From positions 97,099 through 161,098 of the forward strand of contig NIVC01000435.1 in NCBI GenBank assembly GCA_002269645.1: a DNA stretch of 64,000 nt, in the 5' to 3' direction. This document shows positions 44,601 to 57,000 of this stretch, piece after piece (the stretch's first letter is position 1; each line of letters begins with the position of its first letter). The position numbers were made by a program, and so were the translations under genes. This DNA comes from Macrostomum lignano. Taxonomy: Eukaryota. The notes beneath the pieces were generated by a model. It had not been told where the DNA came from. It searched no databases and saw only the letters and a list, made by a program, of their open reading frames with translations.

Positions 44601-47600
44601 ATTTCCCTGTCTTCCTGCTCGTTATAGACCAGGCTAGGTACTGCAAAATTAATTTAGATCTGCTAGAGTAATTAGATTTTGGATGCAAGATCTTAGCTGT
44701 ATATATATATAAATATGATAATAGTATCATTTATTAAGTGATTTATTATGTTTCTGTAGTTCCTGATCCTGTATAGTTCACACAGTGGTTTTTTTGGGCA
44801 CCGACCAGGAAGGAGCTATGGTTCGATTCTGTTGAAAGTGTGTACATGCCTGAGGATTTTGAGAGTCAAAGGGCCGCTTGTATGTGCTCAGCAGCCAGAG
44901 GGAATGGGCAGAACTGCTTGAGCGCTGACCTAATCGGTCAGGCCCCAAGGGACCATGGTATGGCGAGAGTCTAACCCCCGCCCCATTCCCGAAACGCCCT
45001 CCCCCCAGGTGGCCAGTGCGTGGACGGCCTGAACAAGTTCAGCTGCATCTGCCGCCACCATTTCGCCGGCACCCGTTGCAACGTCAACCTGCTGGACTGT
45101 CGCTTCCGCTGCCGCAACGGTGGCACCTGCGTTGACCGGGCCAACGGCCTCGAGTGCCGCTGTCCTCCCGGCTTCCGCGGAGCCTACTGCGAGCACTCGG
45201 ACAGCGGCGGGCTCCATGGCAACCGTAGCCTTGGCAACAGTAGCAGCGGTCATAATCGATCTATTGTCGGCGTTGTCGAGATTGCCGCCGCGGCTGACGG
45301 CGGCGGCGGCGGCACCACTGAGACGATTTTGCTAGCAGCTTGCGGGGTGCTCCTGCCCGTGACAGTGCTGCTGCTGTGCCTGCTGTCTGCCTCCTGTCGG
45401 CGATACTGCAGTCAGAGCCCGCAGGGTGCCTCAGTCCCGGCCTCCAATACCGCCACTTCAATGACGCCTCTCAGCAGTTCGAACTCCAAGGCTAAAGACG
45501 ACGCCGAGGACGAGCTGGACTCGGGACTGGGCGCCCTAAGCGGAAACTCCTCAGCGTCGCTCAATAATAACGAGAAAAATCTTCTGGGCGCTCGCAAAGA
45601 GAAGGTGGAATATTTTGCGCACAAGATGGTCAACAAGTTGGAGACTGGGCGATGGTAAGTCGTGGTTTTCTTCCCATTTTTTATTTGTATTTTTCCGGAT
45701 ATCGATCTCACCCTTCATCTCTCATTTCTAATCTTCAAATCTCACCCTGCATCTCTCATTCCCCTCTTCAAATCTCACCTGCATCTCTCATTTCCCATCT
45801 TCAAAGCTCACCCTGCATCTCTCATTTCCCATCTTCAAATCTCACCCTTCCATCTCTCATTTCTAATCTTCAAATCTCACCCTGCATCTCTCATTCCCCT
45901 CTTCAAAGCTCACCCTGCATCTCTCATTTCCCATCTTCAAATCTCACCCTTCCATCTCTCATTTCTAATCTTCAAATCTCACCCTGCATCTCTCATTCCC
46001 CTCTTCAAAGCTCACCCTGCATCTCTCATTTCCCATCTTCAAATCTCACCCTTCCATCTCTCATTTCTAATCTTCAAATCTCACCCTGCATCTCTCATTC
46101 CCCTCTTCAAAGCTCACCCTGCATCTCTCATTTCCCATCTTCAAATCTCACCCTTCCATCTCTCATTTCTAATCTTCAAATCTCACCCTGCATCTCTCAT
46201 TCCCCTCTTCAAAGCTCACCCTTCCATCTCTCATTTCTAATCTTCAAATCTCACCCTGCATCTCTCATTCCCCTCTTCAAATCTCACCTGCATCTCTCAT
46301 TTCCCATCTTCAAAGCTCACCCTGCATCTCTCATTTCCCATCTTCAAATCTCACCCTTCCATCTCTCATTTCCCATCTTCAAATCTCACCCTTCCATCTC
46401 TCATTTCTAATCTTCAAATCTCACCCTGCATCTCTCATTCCCCTCTTCAAATCTCACCCTGCATCTCTCATTCTCATCTTCAAATCTCACCCTGCATCTT
46501 CCATTTCTCATCTTCAAATCTCACCCTGCATCTTCCATTTCTCATCTTCAAATGTCACCCTGCATCCTCCATTTCCCATCTTCAAATCTCACCCTGCATC
46601 TCTCATTTCCCATCTGCAATATCTCCCTGTAAATCCATTTTTATCATCAAACCGTGCAGTGCAAGTCCATGCCATTATTAATCTGCAAATTTAACTTCGG
46701 AATGTTTGGGAACAATTCATACTTTTTTAGGAAAAGTGTTTCTGCCGCCTGCAGATGCAGATTCAACTTGCGGAAAAATTAGAAACCCAAGTTCCGATAA
46801 AAAAGAAACTATTGGAAGATTTTGTCGCGGCGTCATCCTTTGATGAAGCTGTCCAGACCCTTTTTTAATTTTGCACGGGATCAAATGATTTGAATTTTTT
46901 ATTAGGCTTTGTTCTGAAATTGTTTTGGACTCTGAAGCAGCTGTTTACATCTCACCATAGCAACCTTAGCAATCTCACCCTCTCTGTACGGGGTCACCCT
47001 AATCTCACCTTTAATCTCTACATCCCGATCAGAAATTTCTTTTTACATCTATATCTCACCCTAAATCCTAGCCATATCTCACCTCAATCTCAACTTAGAT
47101 TTCATCATCTCACCCAAATCTCACCCTAAATCTTAGCCATATCTCACCTCAATCTCAACCTAGATTTCATCATCTCACCCCAATCTCAACCTAGATCTCA
47201 CCATCTCACTTTAATCTCAATCTAGATCTCACCATCTCACCCTTAATCTTAACCATATCTCACCCCAATCTCAACCTAGATCTCATCATTTCAACCCAAT
47301 CTCAACCTAGATCTTAACCATATCTCACCCCAATCTCAACCCAGATCTCAGCATCTCACCCCAATCTCAACCTAGATCTCACCCCTATCTCACCCCAATA
47401 TCACCCTAAATCTTAACCATATCTCACCCCAATCTCAATCCATCTCTCACCATCTCAACCCAGATCTCACCATCTCACCCCAATCTCAACCTACATCCCA
47501 CCCTAAGTCTCAACCCGATCTCAACCTAGATCTCATCATTTCAACCCAATCTCAACCTAAATCTCATTATTTCACCCCAATCTCAACCTAGATCTCACCA

Positions 47601-48007
47601 TCTCTCACCATCTCAACCCAGATCTCAGCATCTCACCCCAATCTCAACCTACATCCCTCCCTAAGTCTCAACCCGATCTCACCCTACATTTGCATCTCCA
47701 CCACGCCGCCTTCAGCCACCCGCTAGCAGCTGCAGCGGAGCCTCCTGGCAAGTCGGCTGCGGTTTCGCCTACGAAGCTGCATCTTCATCAGCAGCAGCAA
47801 CAACGGCAGCTCCTGCCGTCTCCACCACTGGCCACAGTCAGCGGCCGACTCGCCGTCGGTGCCGTCAACGGTGACGTCTCCGATCGGCAGATGCTGCTCC
47901 GGTCGACGTCTCTGCCAGCGCCGCCGCCGCGTCAGCAGCATCGAGCGCTGCATTACCAGGAGAGCTGCCCGTTCGACACTGTGCACGTGGCCTTCACCGA
48001 GGTCTGA
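29631..48007 (+). CDS. Delta: Delta-like Notch ligand (762 aa, 9 exons)
   Basis: join(29631-29981,30104-30179,30983-31237,31357-31414,32817-32953,36471-36652,38003-38294,45009-45654,47716-48007) = 2289 nt, in frame. Signal peptide, MNNL (GKLADGACC...CNTFARVC), DSL (YRIRCPANHYGSSCHRLCVPRDDIVGHFTCDSQGRRVCMPGYTGSLC), 7 EGF repeats, TM ILLAACGVLLPVTVLLLCLL, PDZ-ligand-like end FTEV; no vWC domain. Confidence 0.92.
30357..30744. mobile_element. hAT-type MITE (388 bp) in Delta intron 2 with an internal 21-bp tandem repeat
   Basis: TIR CAGTGGCGTAGCCAGG / CCTGGCTACGCCACTG; perfect TSD AGAGAAGA; internal (GGCGCCGCAGGCACTCATTTT)n. Confidence 0.9.
30983..31237 (+). CDS. Delta exon 3, DSL domain
   Basis: Canonical DSL cysteine spacing; acceptor taag| at 30982, donor C|gtgagt at 31238. 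Confidence 0.9.
32032..32720. repeat. 53-55-bp minisatellite (GTTCAGAATTTCTGGGATTTGGGATTCACACAGTCTGGAATGGGGATCTATTCGA)
   Basis: Delta intron 4. Confidence 0.95.
33119..33317. repeat. Short GT-rich tandem repeat with CAGCTG
   Basis: (GTCAGCTGTATCGTGTGTCTTTGTCAACCTGATTGTGT)-like units; Delta intron 5. Confidence 0.8.
34197..34812. repeat. 35-49-bp GGCGCC/CATCTG minisatellite
   Basis: (TTTTTGGCGCCAGAAACCATCATCTGGCGGCGCTA)-like units; Delta intron 5. Confidence 0.92.
35560..36300. repeat. 27-30-bp minisatellite (GGGATGAGATCTCATTGGTGTCTCATA)
   Basis: Delta intron 5. Confidence 0.93.
36779..37900. repeat. 35/36-bp minisatellite (TTCTTCYCATGGTCCTCAATCA...), ~30 copies
   Basis: Delta intron 6; two interspersed unit variants. 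Confidence 0.95.
38405..38820. repeat. 36-bp minisatellite (TTGGATTAGTGATAATCTACATGGGATTAACATTGA)
   Basis: Delta intron 7. Confidence 0.92.
39530..40222. repeat. 43-bp minisatellite, ~16 homogeneous copies
   Basis: TCAGGGATGTCATATCCCGCTGTGATCTGACTTCAGAAGAATT; Delta intron 7. Confidence 0.96.
40905..41055. repeat. Degenerate GAGATTTT/ATCTC repeat
   Basis: About 5 loose copies. Confidence 0.65.
41845..42575. repeat. 25-bp minisatellite (AAAATGAGATGATTGCTACAGCACC)
   Basis: Delta intron 7. Confidence 0.95.
43390..43985. repeat. ~24-bp minisatellite (GGGATCTATTCGGGACTCGAATCT)
   Basis: Delta intron 7. Confidence 0.9.
45705..46620. repeat. ~32-bp pyrimidine-rich minisatellite with higher-order repeat
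   Basis: (CTTCAAATCTCACCCTGCATCTCTCATTCCCAT)-like; Delta intron 8. Confidence 0.93.
46960..47690. repeat. Degenerate ATCTCACC/ATCTCAACC minisatellite
   Basis: Delta intron 8, 3' part. Confidence 0.85.
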
Positions 48008-48239
48008 GCTAGAGTCTGGCGCCTGTTCTGCACCAACTGTTCCATTCATTCACTCTGGCCAGCCAGCCAGGCAATTGCAAAACAATTCCACATTAATTTG
48101 CAATCGCGTGCGTAACTCGCGTTGAATTGTCCCAACAGTTGATTTACTGAATCACACTATGATATGTTGTTATCCCCTTGGGATCCCAGTTTCATTGCCT
48201 TATGATTCCACACTACTACAATTACTCCTACAATCGCAA

Positions 48240-48655
48240 TTCCCATACTCTTGGGATCCCACACACACACACTCAACCCTAGAATCCCATACTCTTGAGA
48301 TCCCACACACACACTCAACCCTAGAATCCCATACTCTTGAGATCCCACACACAGCCCTAGAATCCCATACTCTTGAGATCCCACACACACACTCAGCCCT
48401 AGAATCCCATACTCTTGAGATCCCACACACACACTCAACCCTAGAATCCCATACTCTTGAGATCCCACACACACAGCCCTAGAATCCCATACTCTTGAGA
48501 TCCCACACACACAGCCCTAGAATCCCATACTCTTAAGACCCCACACACAGCCCCAGAATCTCCACTCGATCTTGAGATGCCACACCCACACACAGCCCTA
48601 GAATCCCCACTCGATCTTGAGATGCCACACCCACACACAGCCCTAGAATCCTCTA
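48240..48655. repeat. ~37-43-bp minisatellite (CCTAGAATCCCATACTCTTGAGATCCCACACAC...)
   Basis: Just downstream of the Delta stop codon. Confidence 0.9.
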
Positions 48656-49764
48656 GAATATCTAAAATATGTCATCAGGGGATTAGAGAAGAGGATTAAA
48701 GAAAAGTTGTCGCATTTTCCTGATTTCAACCCGTCTCGTCTCTCTCTCTCATGTCTCCCGCTCATCACATTGTCGTTTTTGCAACACCCGAAAAAGCCCA
48801 CTTCTCGCGCGAGAAATTAATTCAGCTTAGGAATTTCTTGTTTAGAAAAAGCACACAATTTTTAACTCCCAAATTCACGCGTTAATCCATTTTTCCTGTA
48901 CGGAGGGAGACTATACTGGGTCATCCAGCTTGGCGCACCCTGATAACATTTAAAGCTATAGTTATTTAATAATTGACTTTTAATTTTAATGTACGCAACA
49001 AAAGTACATGCTGAACGATTTTGCGATTATCGACATTTTCTCTACTATACTATTGGTATTTTCATATATTAACCTGCCGTTTGTGTTTACGCGATTTGGC
49101 ATTTATAAAATTTGTGTGTTTATGCGTCAGTTTCTGTTGCTATCGAACCCATGTTTCATTTCTATCGGTCTTGTTCATCGTAAAAAAACTGATTAAGTCT
49201 GTCTGCTGCAGCTTGTCTTGTCAAATAAATTGCTTCAAATCCCCAACTCTTATTAATTATGTCGTCAACTGTCGCGAATTAACCTATTTTTTTATTTTCA
49301 TTCGTTTTCGATTTTGTCTGTTTCTTTGTTTTTGTTTGTTTGTTTGTTTACTTTTTTGTTTGTCAAAACTGTCTCTGTTGCGCTGTTTGAATTTCATATA
49401 CAATTAGCTTAGGTTTGGCCTGTACTTTATAAACAGAAAAGTACAATTAGGTCTATGATATTGATACTCATAAGCTATGTGAGTAGGGTGAGGCTGTGCG
49501 CTTCCCCATCAATACACGAGCGTAGTTTTGTCCATTCAGTTTTATAGTCAACTGCAGGTAAAGTAAAAAATTGCAAAGCAAATATAGTCTTAGCCATCAT
49601 TTCGTGTCGCTCAGTTTTTAATTATAAAATATATATATGCATACAAAATACATTGTACATGTTTATGCACAAATAAACTCGCATCGGCTCTGAACGGACG
49701 TTCGGCTCGTCGCTTTTTTTACTACAAACCTAACTGTGTTAGCGCCTTACTGGCTTTTCATTTA

Positions 49765-50220
49765 CCAGCCTCCCAGTTTGCTGGGCCAGCCTCCCAGATC
49801 CTTAGTTTCTGTGACGGCCTCCCAGATCCTCAGTTGCTAGGGCAGTCAGCCTCCCAGATCCTTAGTTTCTGTGACGGCCTCCCAGATCCTCAGTTGCTAG
49901 GGCAGTCAGCCTCCCAGATCCTTAGTTGGTAGGGCAGTCAGCCTCCCAGATCCTTAGTTGGTAGGGCAGTCAGCCTCCCAGATCCTCAGTTGGTAGGGCA
50001 GTCAGCCTCCCACATTGCTCAGTTGGTAGGGCAGTCAGCCTCCCAGATCCTCAGTTGGTAGGGCAGTCAGCCTCCCACATTGCTCAGTTGGTAGGGCAGT
50101 CAGCCTCCCACATTGCTCAGTTGGTAGGGCAGTCAGCCTCCCACATTGCTCAGTTGGTAGGGCAGTCAGCCTCCCAGATCCTCAGTTGGTAGGGCAGTCA
50201 GCCTCCCAGATCCTCAGTTG
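49765..50220. repeat. ~32-bp minisatellite (CAGCCTCCCAGATCCTCAGTTGGTAGGGCAGT)
   Basis: Intergenic; shares a 21-bp core with 21292-21745. Confidence 0.92.
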
Positions 50221-50904
50221 GTTGGACTGCATTTCTTTTCATTTGGATTAAGCAGTTTAAGGCCAGAAAATATTCCTATTCTTAATAAGCTCTCGTATTC
50301 ATGTGTAGCACTACATTACACGCAGCTCAGTGACGTCACGTACATGTACCCCAGCACATTCGTGCGCTGTTTTATCTGCCACTGTATAAATACAGTTCAT
50401 TTTGACTGTGTCGGTCCAGGCCAGGGGTTCCCACGTGCAGCCCCTGTGTGCATGTTGGGCGGGGAGGGGGGATTTCGCGCTGCACTTCTTCCGTCGAGTA
50501 CTCGAGTCCCCGACACCTGTTTAGATCCCATTTAGTTGGAGCCTGCCCACCGCGTGTGTCATTGCATTCGCTGCTGCAGGGCCGGTTATATTCCTGCCAT
50601 TCAGTAGTTTCAGCAAGCATATAACTCAATAAAATACTGCAATGGCTGCTATTGCACATATGCTAATATAAGAACAAAGCGATGAGACATACATGTAACA
50701 CGGTTAACAGTGTAAGAAAATCCAACTGACTCATATAATGCATGCCCAGATCACAACTGATACTGCCATAGTTTATCATTTCCACCAAATACTACTTACC
50801 GTAATAGTAAGAAAAGCAAAAGTATGCTAATTACATGCATATTGTGGCACATTTCTCACATTAAATCGTTGATAGGCAAAATCTTTTATAGACTCGAAAC
50901 TGAA

Positions 50905-51050
50905 CATGATCGAAACTTCTCGTGATCGAATTGACTTCACATGATCGAGTTATTAACTTCACATGATCGGATTAACTTCACATGATCGAGTTATTAACTT
51001 CACATGATCGGATTAACTTCTCACATGATCTAATTAACTTCACATTATCG
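50905..51050. repeat. 20-22-bp repeat (CACATGATCGAGTTATTAACTT)
   Basis: About 6 copies. Confidence 0.8.
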
Positions 51051-51879
51051 GAATTCTTGAGCTCCAAAATTTACAAACACCTCGAAACTTCTCAAGCTCG
51101 AAAACTCTGGCTAAGCACTTCTGTTCACTTCTCCTAAATGTGGAAATGAAATTGGCTGCGAAATAGCTGTTTATTTTGTGTACTTTAATTGAGGAAGCCG
51201 CGCACATGTCACGTATATTTATCATTCAATATAGTTAATTGGTTTAAATGAAAAAAGTGAGGACAGCGTACTACTGATTCTAACTGTTAGTAGTTTGTAA
51301 AGCAAAAAATAATTAAATTTAATGCGGAATACGTTTATTACAAAATAACTATCTGCAATAACAATAAATGTTATGAGAATTCAAATAGGATTAAATTATT
51401 CTTAATTTTTTTTAAATCGCCAAATGATGCAGAATCAGGAATTCCTATGAAGAGAAGAGAGCAGTTCACAATGCTTACAATTGACTATAAAAATTACTGT
51501 ACGAGTAGCCTAAGCAGATACTACTGGTAATCGCTAGTAAAGAATAGACACAACGATCGTGTTTTTAATGGCCTATCCGCCAATCAAAGATACACTGACT
51601 ACTATCAGTACAATTCAGAGCGAGTGTACGCCTCTGAGACGGCTGCAGCAAACTCGAAGCAAAAGCGCCAAAATAACAGGGTTAGTTGGATCTTAGTCTT
51701 CTTCTTCTAGAAGTGTGCGTAACGGAGATTCTAAAAGCGATAAAGCACTAGAGAAAATTAAAAATTAGTAAATTCAACAGAAGTACAAACTTTTAACCTA
51801 AAATTACGTCCAGATTTCAGAACTACAAAATCCTAGAAACTCAGAAATATTCATGGCCTCAATAATCCCAATTTGCTTA

Positions 51880-52400
51880 TCCTCATTCATAGCCATGCTG
51901 ATCCCACACAAGCTAATCCCCATTCATAGCCATGCTGATCCCACAAGCTAATCCCCATTCATAGCCATGCTGATCCCACACAAGCTAATCCCCACTCATA
52001 GCCATGCTGATCCCACATAAGCTAATCCCCATTCATAGCCATGCTGATCCCACACAACCTAATCCCCACTCATAGCCATGCTGATCCCACATAAGCTAAT
52101 CCCATTCATAGCCATGCTGATCCCACACAAGCTAATCCCCATTCATAGCCATGCTGATCCCACACAAGCTAATCCCCACTCATAGCCATGCTGATCCCAC
52201 ATAAGCTAATCCCATTCATAGCCATGCTGATCCCACACAAGCTAATCCCCACTCATAGCCATGCTGATCCCACACAAGCTAATCCCCACTCATAGCCATG
52301 CTGATCCCACACAAGCTAATCCCCACTCATAGCCATGCTGATCCCACACAAGCTAATCCCCACTCATAGCCATGCTGATCCCACATAAGCTAATCCCCAC
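51880..52400. repeat. ~38-bp minisatellite (CATTCATAGCCATGCTGATCCCACACAAGCTAATCCC)
   Basis: Intergenic. Confidence 0.93.
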
Positions 52401-53067
52401 AGACAGTAAAGCAATTGCTACATGAACACATACAGAAGATAAAGGTGGACAAATTATTGGGCAAACTAAACAGAGATAATCTCTCGAGTGCGCCTATAGA
52501 ATGGTGGATTAAAGAAAGACGGATATCATATTGATCTAGTAGCAAAAGAAGAGATTAAACAAACTAAACGTACTTTTATTGCTAGTATATACATATATAT
52601 ATCAATTTGAAATTGGAATTAATGTTGCTGATACTACTTACTACTTAGTAATAATTAGTTTAGAAGTAACGTTTATGATATTTTGCTACGAAAAATTAGT
52701 CGCAATATGCTACATTACTACTGTTCAAGTAACAGCGGTTAGGTGATGTATTTGGATAGGGAAACATTGAGACGGCAAGTGAGTCTGTAGGATTCATAAA
52801 ATAGTTAATAATAATATTAATACTAATAATACGATCCAATATTATATTCAAATAACACACGCCTTTTATAGGCATTTCTTTATCAAGCCATCCTTGGTTA
52901 ATGAAGACTGTGTTTTTAAATAAGTGAAGTATCACAACACTTTAAATATACACAAATACAATACCTTAACTTATGTATATATATACATATAATTTACTAT
53001 AATATCTGTCCCAGTTTGTAATTTTTCAGCAGAAAACGATTTAAAAACAAAATCTTGATTTTTAGTA

Positions 53068-53885
53068 TTCTGAGATGCTAAGGGGAATTGCTGAGATGCT
53101 AAGGGGGTATCTCTGAGATGCTAAGGGGAATTGCTGAGATGCTAAGGGGGTATCTCTGAGATGCTAAGGGGGAATTGCTGAGATGCTAAGGGGGAATTGC
53201 TGGGATTTTAAGGTGGAATTGCTGAGATGCTAAGGGGGTATCTCTGAGATGCTAAGGGGGTATCTCTGAGATGCTAAGGGGGAATTGCTGAGATGCTAAG
53301 GGGGAATTGCTGGGATTTTAAGGTGGAATTGCTGAGATGCTAAAGGGGAATTGCTGAGATGCTAAGGGGGAATTGCTGAGATGCTAAATGGGAATTGCTG
53401 AGATGCTAAAGGGGAATTGCTGAGATGCTAAGGTGGAATTGATGAGATGCTAAGTGGGGAATCTTTGAGATGCTAAGGGGAATCACTGAGATGCTAAGGA
53501 GGAATTTTTGAGATGCTAAGGGGGGATTGCTGAGATGCTAAGGTGGAATTGATGAGATGCTAAGTGGGGAATCTCTGAGATGCTAAGGGGAATCTCTGAG
53601 ATGCTAAGTGGGGAATATCCGAGATGCTAAAGAGGAATCTCTGAGATACAAAGGTGGAATTGCTGAGATTGCTGAGATACTAAGTGGGGAATCTCTGAGA
53701 TGCTAACTAGGGGATCTCTGAGATACAAAGGTGGAATTGCTGAGATGCTAAGTGGGGAATCTCTGGATGCTAAGTGGGGAATCTCTGAGATGCTAACTGG
53801 GGAATCTCTGAGATACAAAGGTGGAATTGCTGAGATGCTAAGTGGGGAATCTCTGAGATACTAAGGGGGAATTTCTGAGATGCCA
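53068..53885. repeat. ~21-bp minisatellite (TGAGATGCTAAGGGGGAATTGC)
   Basis: Downstream of the p38 stop codon. Confidence 0.92.
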
Positions 53886-54012
53886 AGGCTCAAGAGGAAG
53901 TTTGCACGCTTGATATCAGGGATAACTAATGCTTTTTTTCTGCTGAAAATCTTCTTTTCCAAGCTCTATTAGCCATTTCTAATCGCGAAAAAGTCAACCC
54001 CCCCTACTCTCA

Positions 54013-57000
54013 TCAAGCCTCCTCATCGTCCGAGGCGTCAGCGCTTAACGACGACAGCTTAGGCGTGAAGCTGCCCATGAACGCCTCAACCAAGCGCTTC
54101 CAATCGGCCACTCCGTAGTTCTGCCCCTCAAAGTCGCAGTTCAACGGTTCGCGCGGCAGATTTCTCGGCTTGGCTGTTTCGCTGGCAAACTCGGCGAATA
54201 TGGGAAGCTGGAGGGCCTCATCGGCTGTGGCTCGACGATCCGGGTCGAACTGAAGCAGGCGGCGCAGCAGCTCGATCATGCCGTCGCTGGCCTCGGGGAA
54301 CAGGTCCTGCATTGGGGAGGGGTGGATTGTCGTTTATAGAAATCCAGTTATGGATCTGATTTTGCAATAAATTCCTATATAAGAATCTGATTCCTATAAA
54401 TCCCAATTCAAGAATCTTATTTCTTAGAAACTCCTTTATGAGAATCCGATTCCTAAAACTCCCATCTGAGAGTCAAGATCACATCCCATCTGAGGATCAA
54501 GCAAGATCCCAACCTACAATCCCATCTGAGGATCAAGCAAGATCCCAACCTACAATCCCATCTGAGGATCAAGATCCCAACCTACAATCCCATCTGAGAA
54601 TCAAGATCCCAACCTACAATCCCATCTGAGGATCAAGATCCCAACCTACAATCCCATCTGAGGATCAAGATCCCAACCTACAATTCCATCTGAGAATCAA
54701 GATCCCAACCTACAATCCCATCTGTAGATCAAGCAAGATCCCAACCTACAATCCCATCTGAGGATCAAGATCCCAACCTACAATCCCATCTGAGGATCAA
54801 GATCCCAACCTACAATCCCATCTGAGATTCAAGATCCCAACCTACAATCCCATCTGAAGATCAAGCAAGATCTCAACCTACAATCCCATCTGAGAATCAA
54901 GATCCCAACCTACAATCCCATCTGAGGATCAAGATCTCAACCTACAATCCCATCTGAGAATCAAGATCCCAACCTACAATCCCATCTGAGGATCAAGATC
55001 CCAACCTACAATCCCATCTGAGATTCAAGATCCCAACCTACAATCCCATCTGAAGATCAAGCAAGATCCCAACCTACAATCCCATCTGAGGATCAAGATC
55101 CCAACCTACAATCCCATCTGAGGATCAAGATCTCAACCTACAATCCCATCTGAGAATCAAGATCCCAACCTACAATCCCATCTGAGAATCAAGATCCCAA
55201 CCTACAATCCCATCTGAGGATCAAGATCCCAACCTACAATCCCATCTGAGGATCAAGATCCCAACCTACAATCCCATCTGAGGATCAAGATCCCAACCTA
55301 CAATCCCATCTGAAATCAAGATCCCAACCTACAATCCCATCTGAGATTCAAGATCCCAACCTACAATCCCATCTGAGGATCAAGATCCCAACCTACAATC
55401 CCATCTAAGGATCAAGATCCCAACCTACAATCCCATCTAAGGATCAAGATCCCAACCTACAATCCCATCTGAGAATCAAGATCCCAACCTACAATCCCAT
55501 TTTAGGATCAAGATCCCAACCTACAATCCCATCTGAGATTCAAGATCCCAACCTACAATCCCATCTGAGGATCAAGATCCCAACCTACAATCCCATCTGT
55601 AGATCAAGCAAGATCCCAACCTACAATCCCGTCTGAGATTCAAGATCCCAACCTACAATCCCATCTGAGGATCAAGATCCCAACCTACAATCCCATCTGA
55701 GGATCAAGATCCCAACCTACAATCCCATCTGAGGATCAAGATCCCAACCTACAATCCCATCTGAAGATCAAGCAAGATCCCAACCTACAATCCCATCTGA
55801 GGATCAAGATCCCAACCTACAATCCCATCTGAGGATCAAGATCCCAACCTACAATCCCATCTGAGAATCAAGATCCCAACCTACAATCCCATTTGAGGAT
55901 CAAGATCCCAACCTACAATCCCATCTGAGGATCAAGATCCCAACCTACAATCCCATCTGAGGATCAAGATCCCAACCTACAATCCCATCTGAAATCAAGA
56001 TCCCAACCTACAATCCCATCTGAGGATCAAGATCCCGACCTACAATCCCATCTGAGGATCAAGATCCCGACCTACAATCCCATTTGAGGATCAAAATCCC
56101 AAGTAATTTAATACCAGAGTATTCCCAAAATCCCTAGCTGCTTCAAACCTCAAAGGCAGCCACTTCGCCGACTTCCAAATCTCTGATAAACTGAGCAGCC
56201 GATGGGCTCTGGATTTTGGCCATCATCTCCTCGGACGGCTTGCCCAACCGGCGGCACATGAACAGGATTAGGCTGGGAGCGTCTTCGCCGGGGAACAGCG
56301 GCTTGCCGAGCAGCATCTCGCCGATGACGCAGCCAGCGGCCCACATGTCCACTGGAAGGCCGTAGTGCTCCCAGTTCAACAGCACCTCCGGGCTGCGGTA
56401 CCACCTGGCGTGAGGATCGGGTTCATGGTTGCGTATGGGAATGCGTTGGGAATATTGAGGTTTTAGTGAGGGGTGTGGGATCCTGAAGGTTTCAGGGAGG
56501 GGAATGGGATCCTGAAGGTTTCAGGGAGGGGAATGGGATCCTGAAGATTTCAGGGAGCAGGGAGGGGAATGGGATCCTGAAGGTTTCAGTGAGAGGTGTG
56601 GGATCCTGAAGGTTTCAGGGAGGGTTGTGGGATCCTGAAGGTTTCAGGGAGGGGAATGGGATCCTGAAGGTTTCAGGGAGGGTTGTGGGATCCTGAAGGT
56701 TTCAGGGAGGGTTGTGGGATCCTGAAGATTTCAGGGAGGGGTGTGGGATCCTGAAGGTTCAGTGAGGGGTGTGGGATCCTGAAGGTTTCAGGGAGGGTAT
56801 GGGATCTTGAGGGTTTCATGGAAGGATGTGGGATCCTGAAAGTTTCATGGGTGTGGGATCCGGAGGGTTTCATGGAAGGGTGTGGGATCCTGAAAGTTTC
56901 ATGGGTGTGGGATCCGGAGGGTTTCATGGAAGGGTGTGGGATCCTGAAAGTTTCATGGAAGGGTGTGGGATCCGGAGGGTTTCATGGAAGGGTGTGGGAT

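Noticed and set aside
29631-48007. Serrate/Jagged identity for the Notch ligand
   Set aside because: Only 7 EGF repeats, no cysteine-rich vWC domain before the TM, and a Delta-like TEV terminus
50331-50338. CRE palindrome TGACGTCA and nearby tRNA/SINE B-box-like word
   Set aside because: A single short motif with no A-box or cloverleaf, expected by chance
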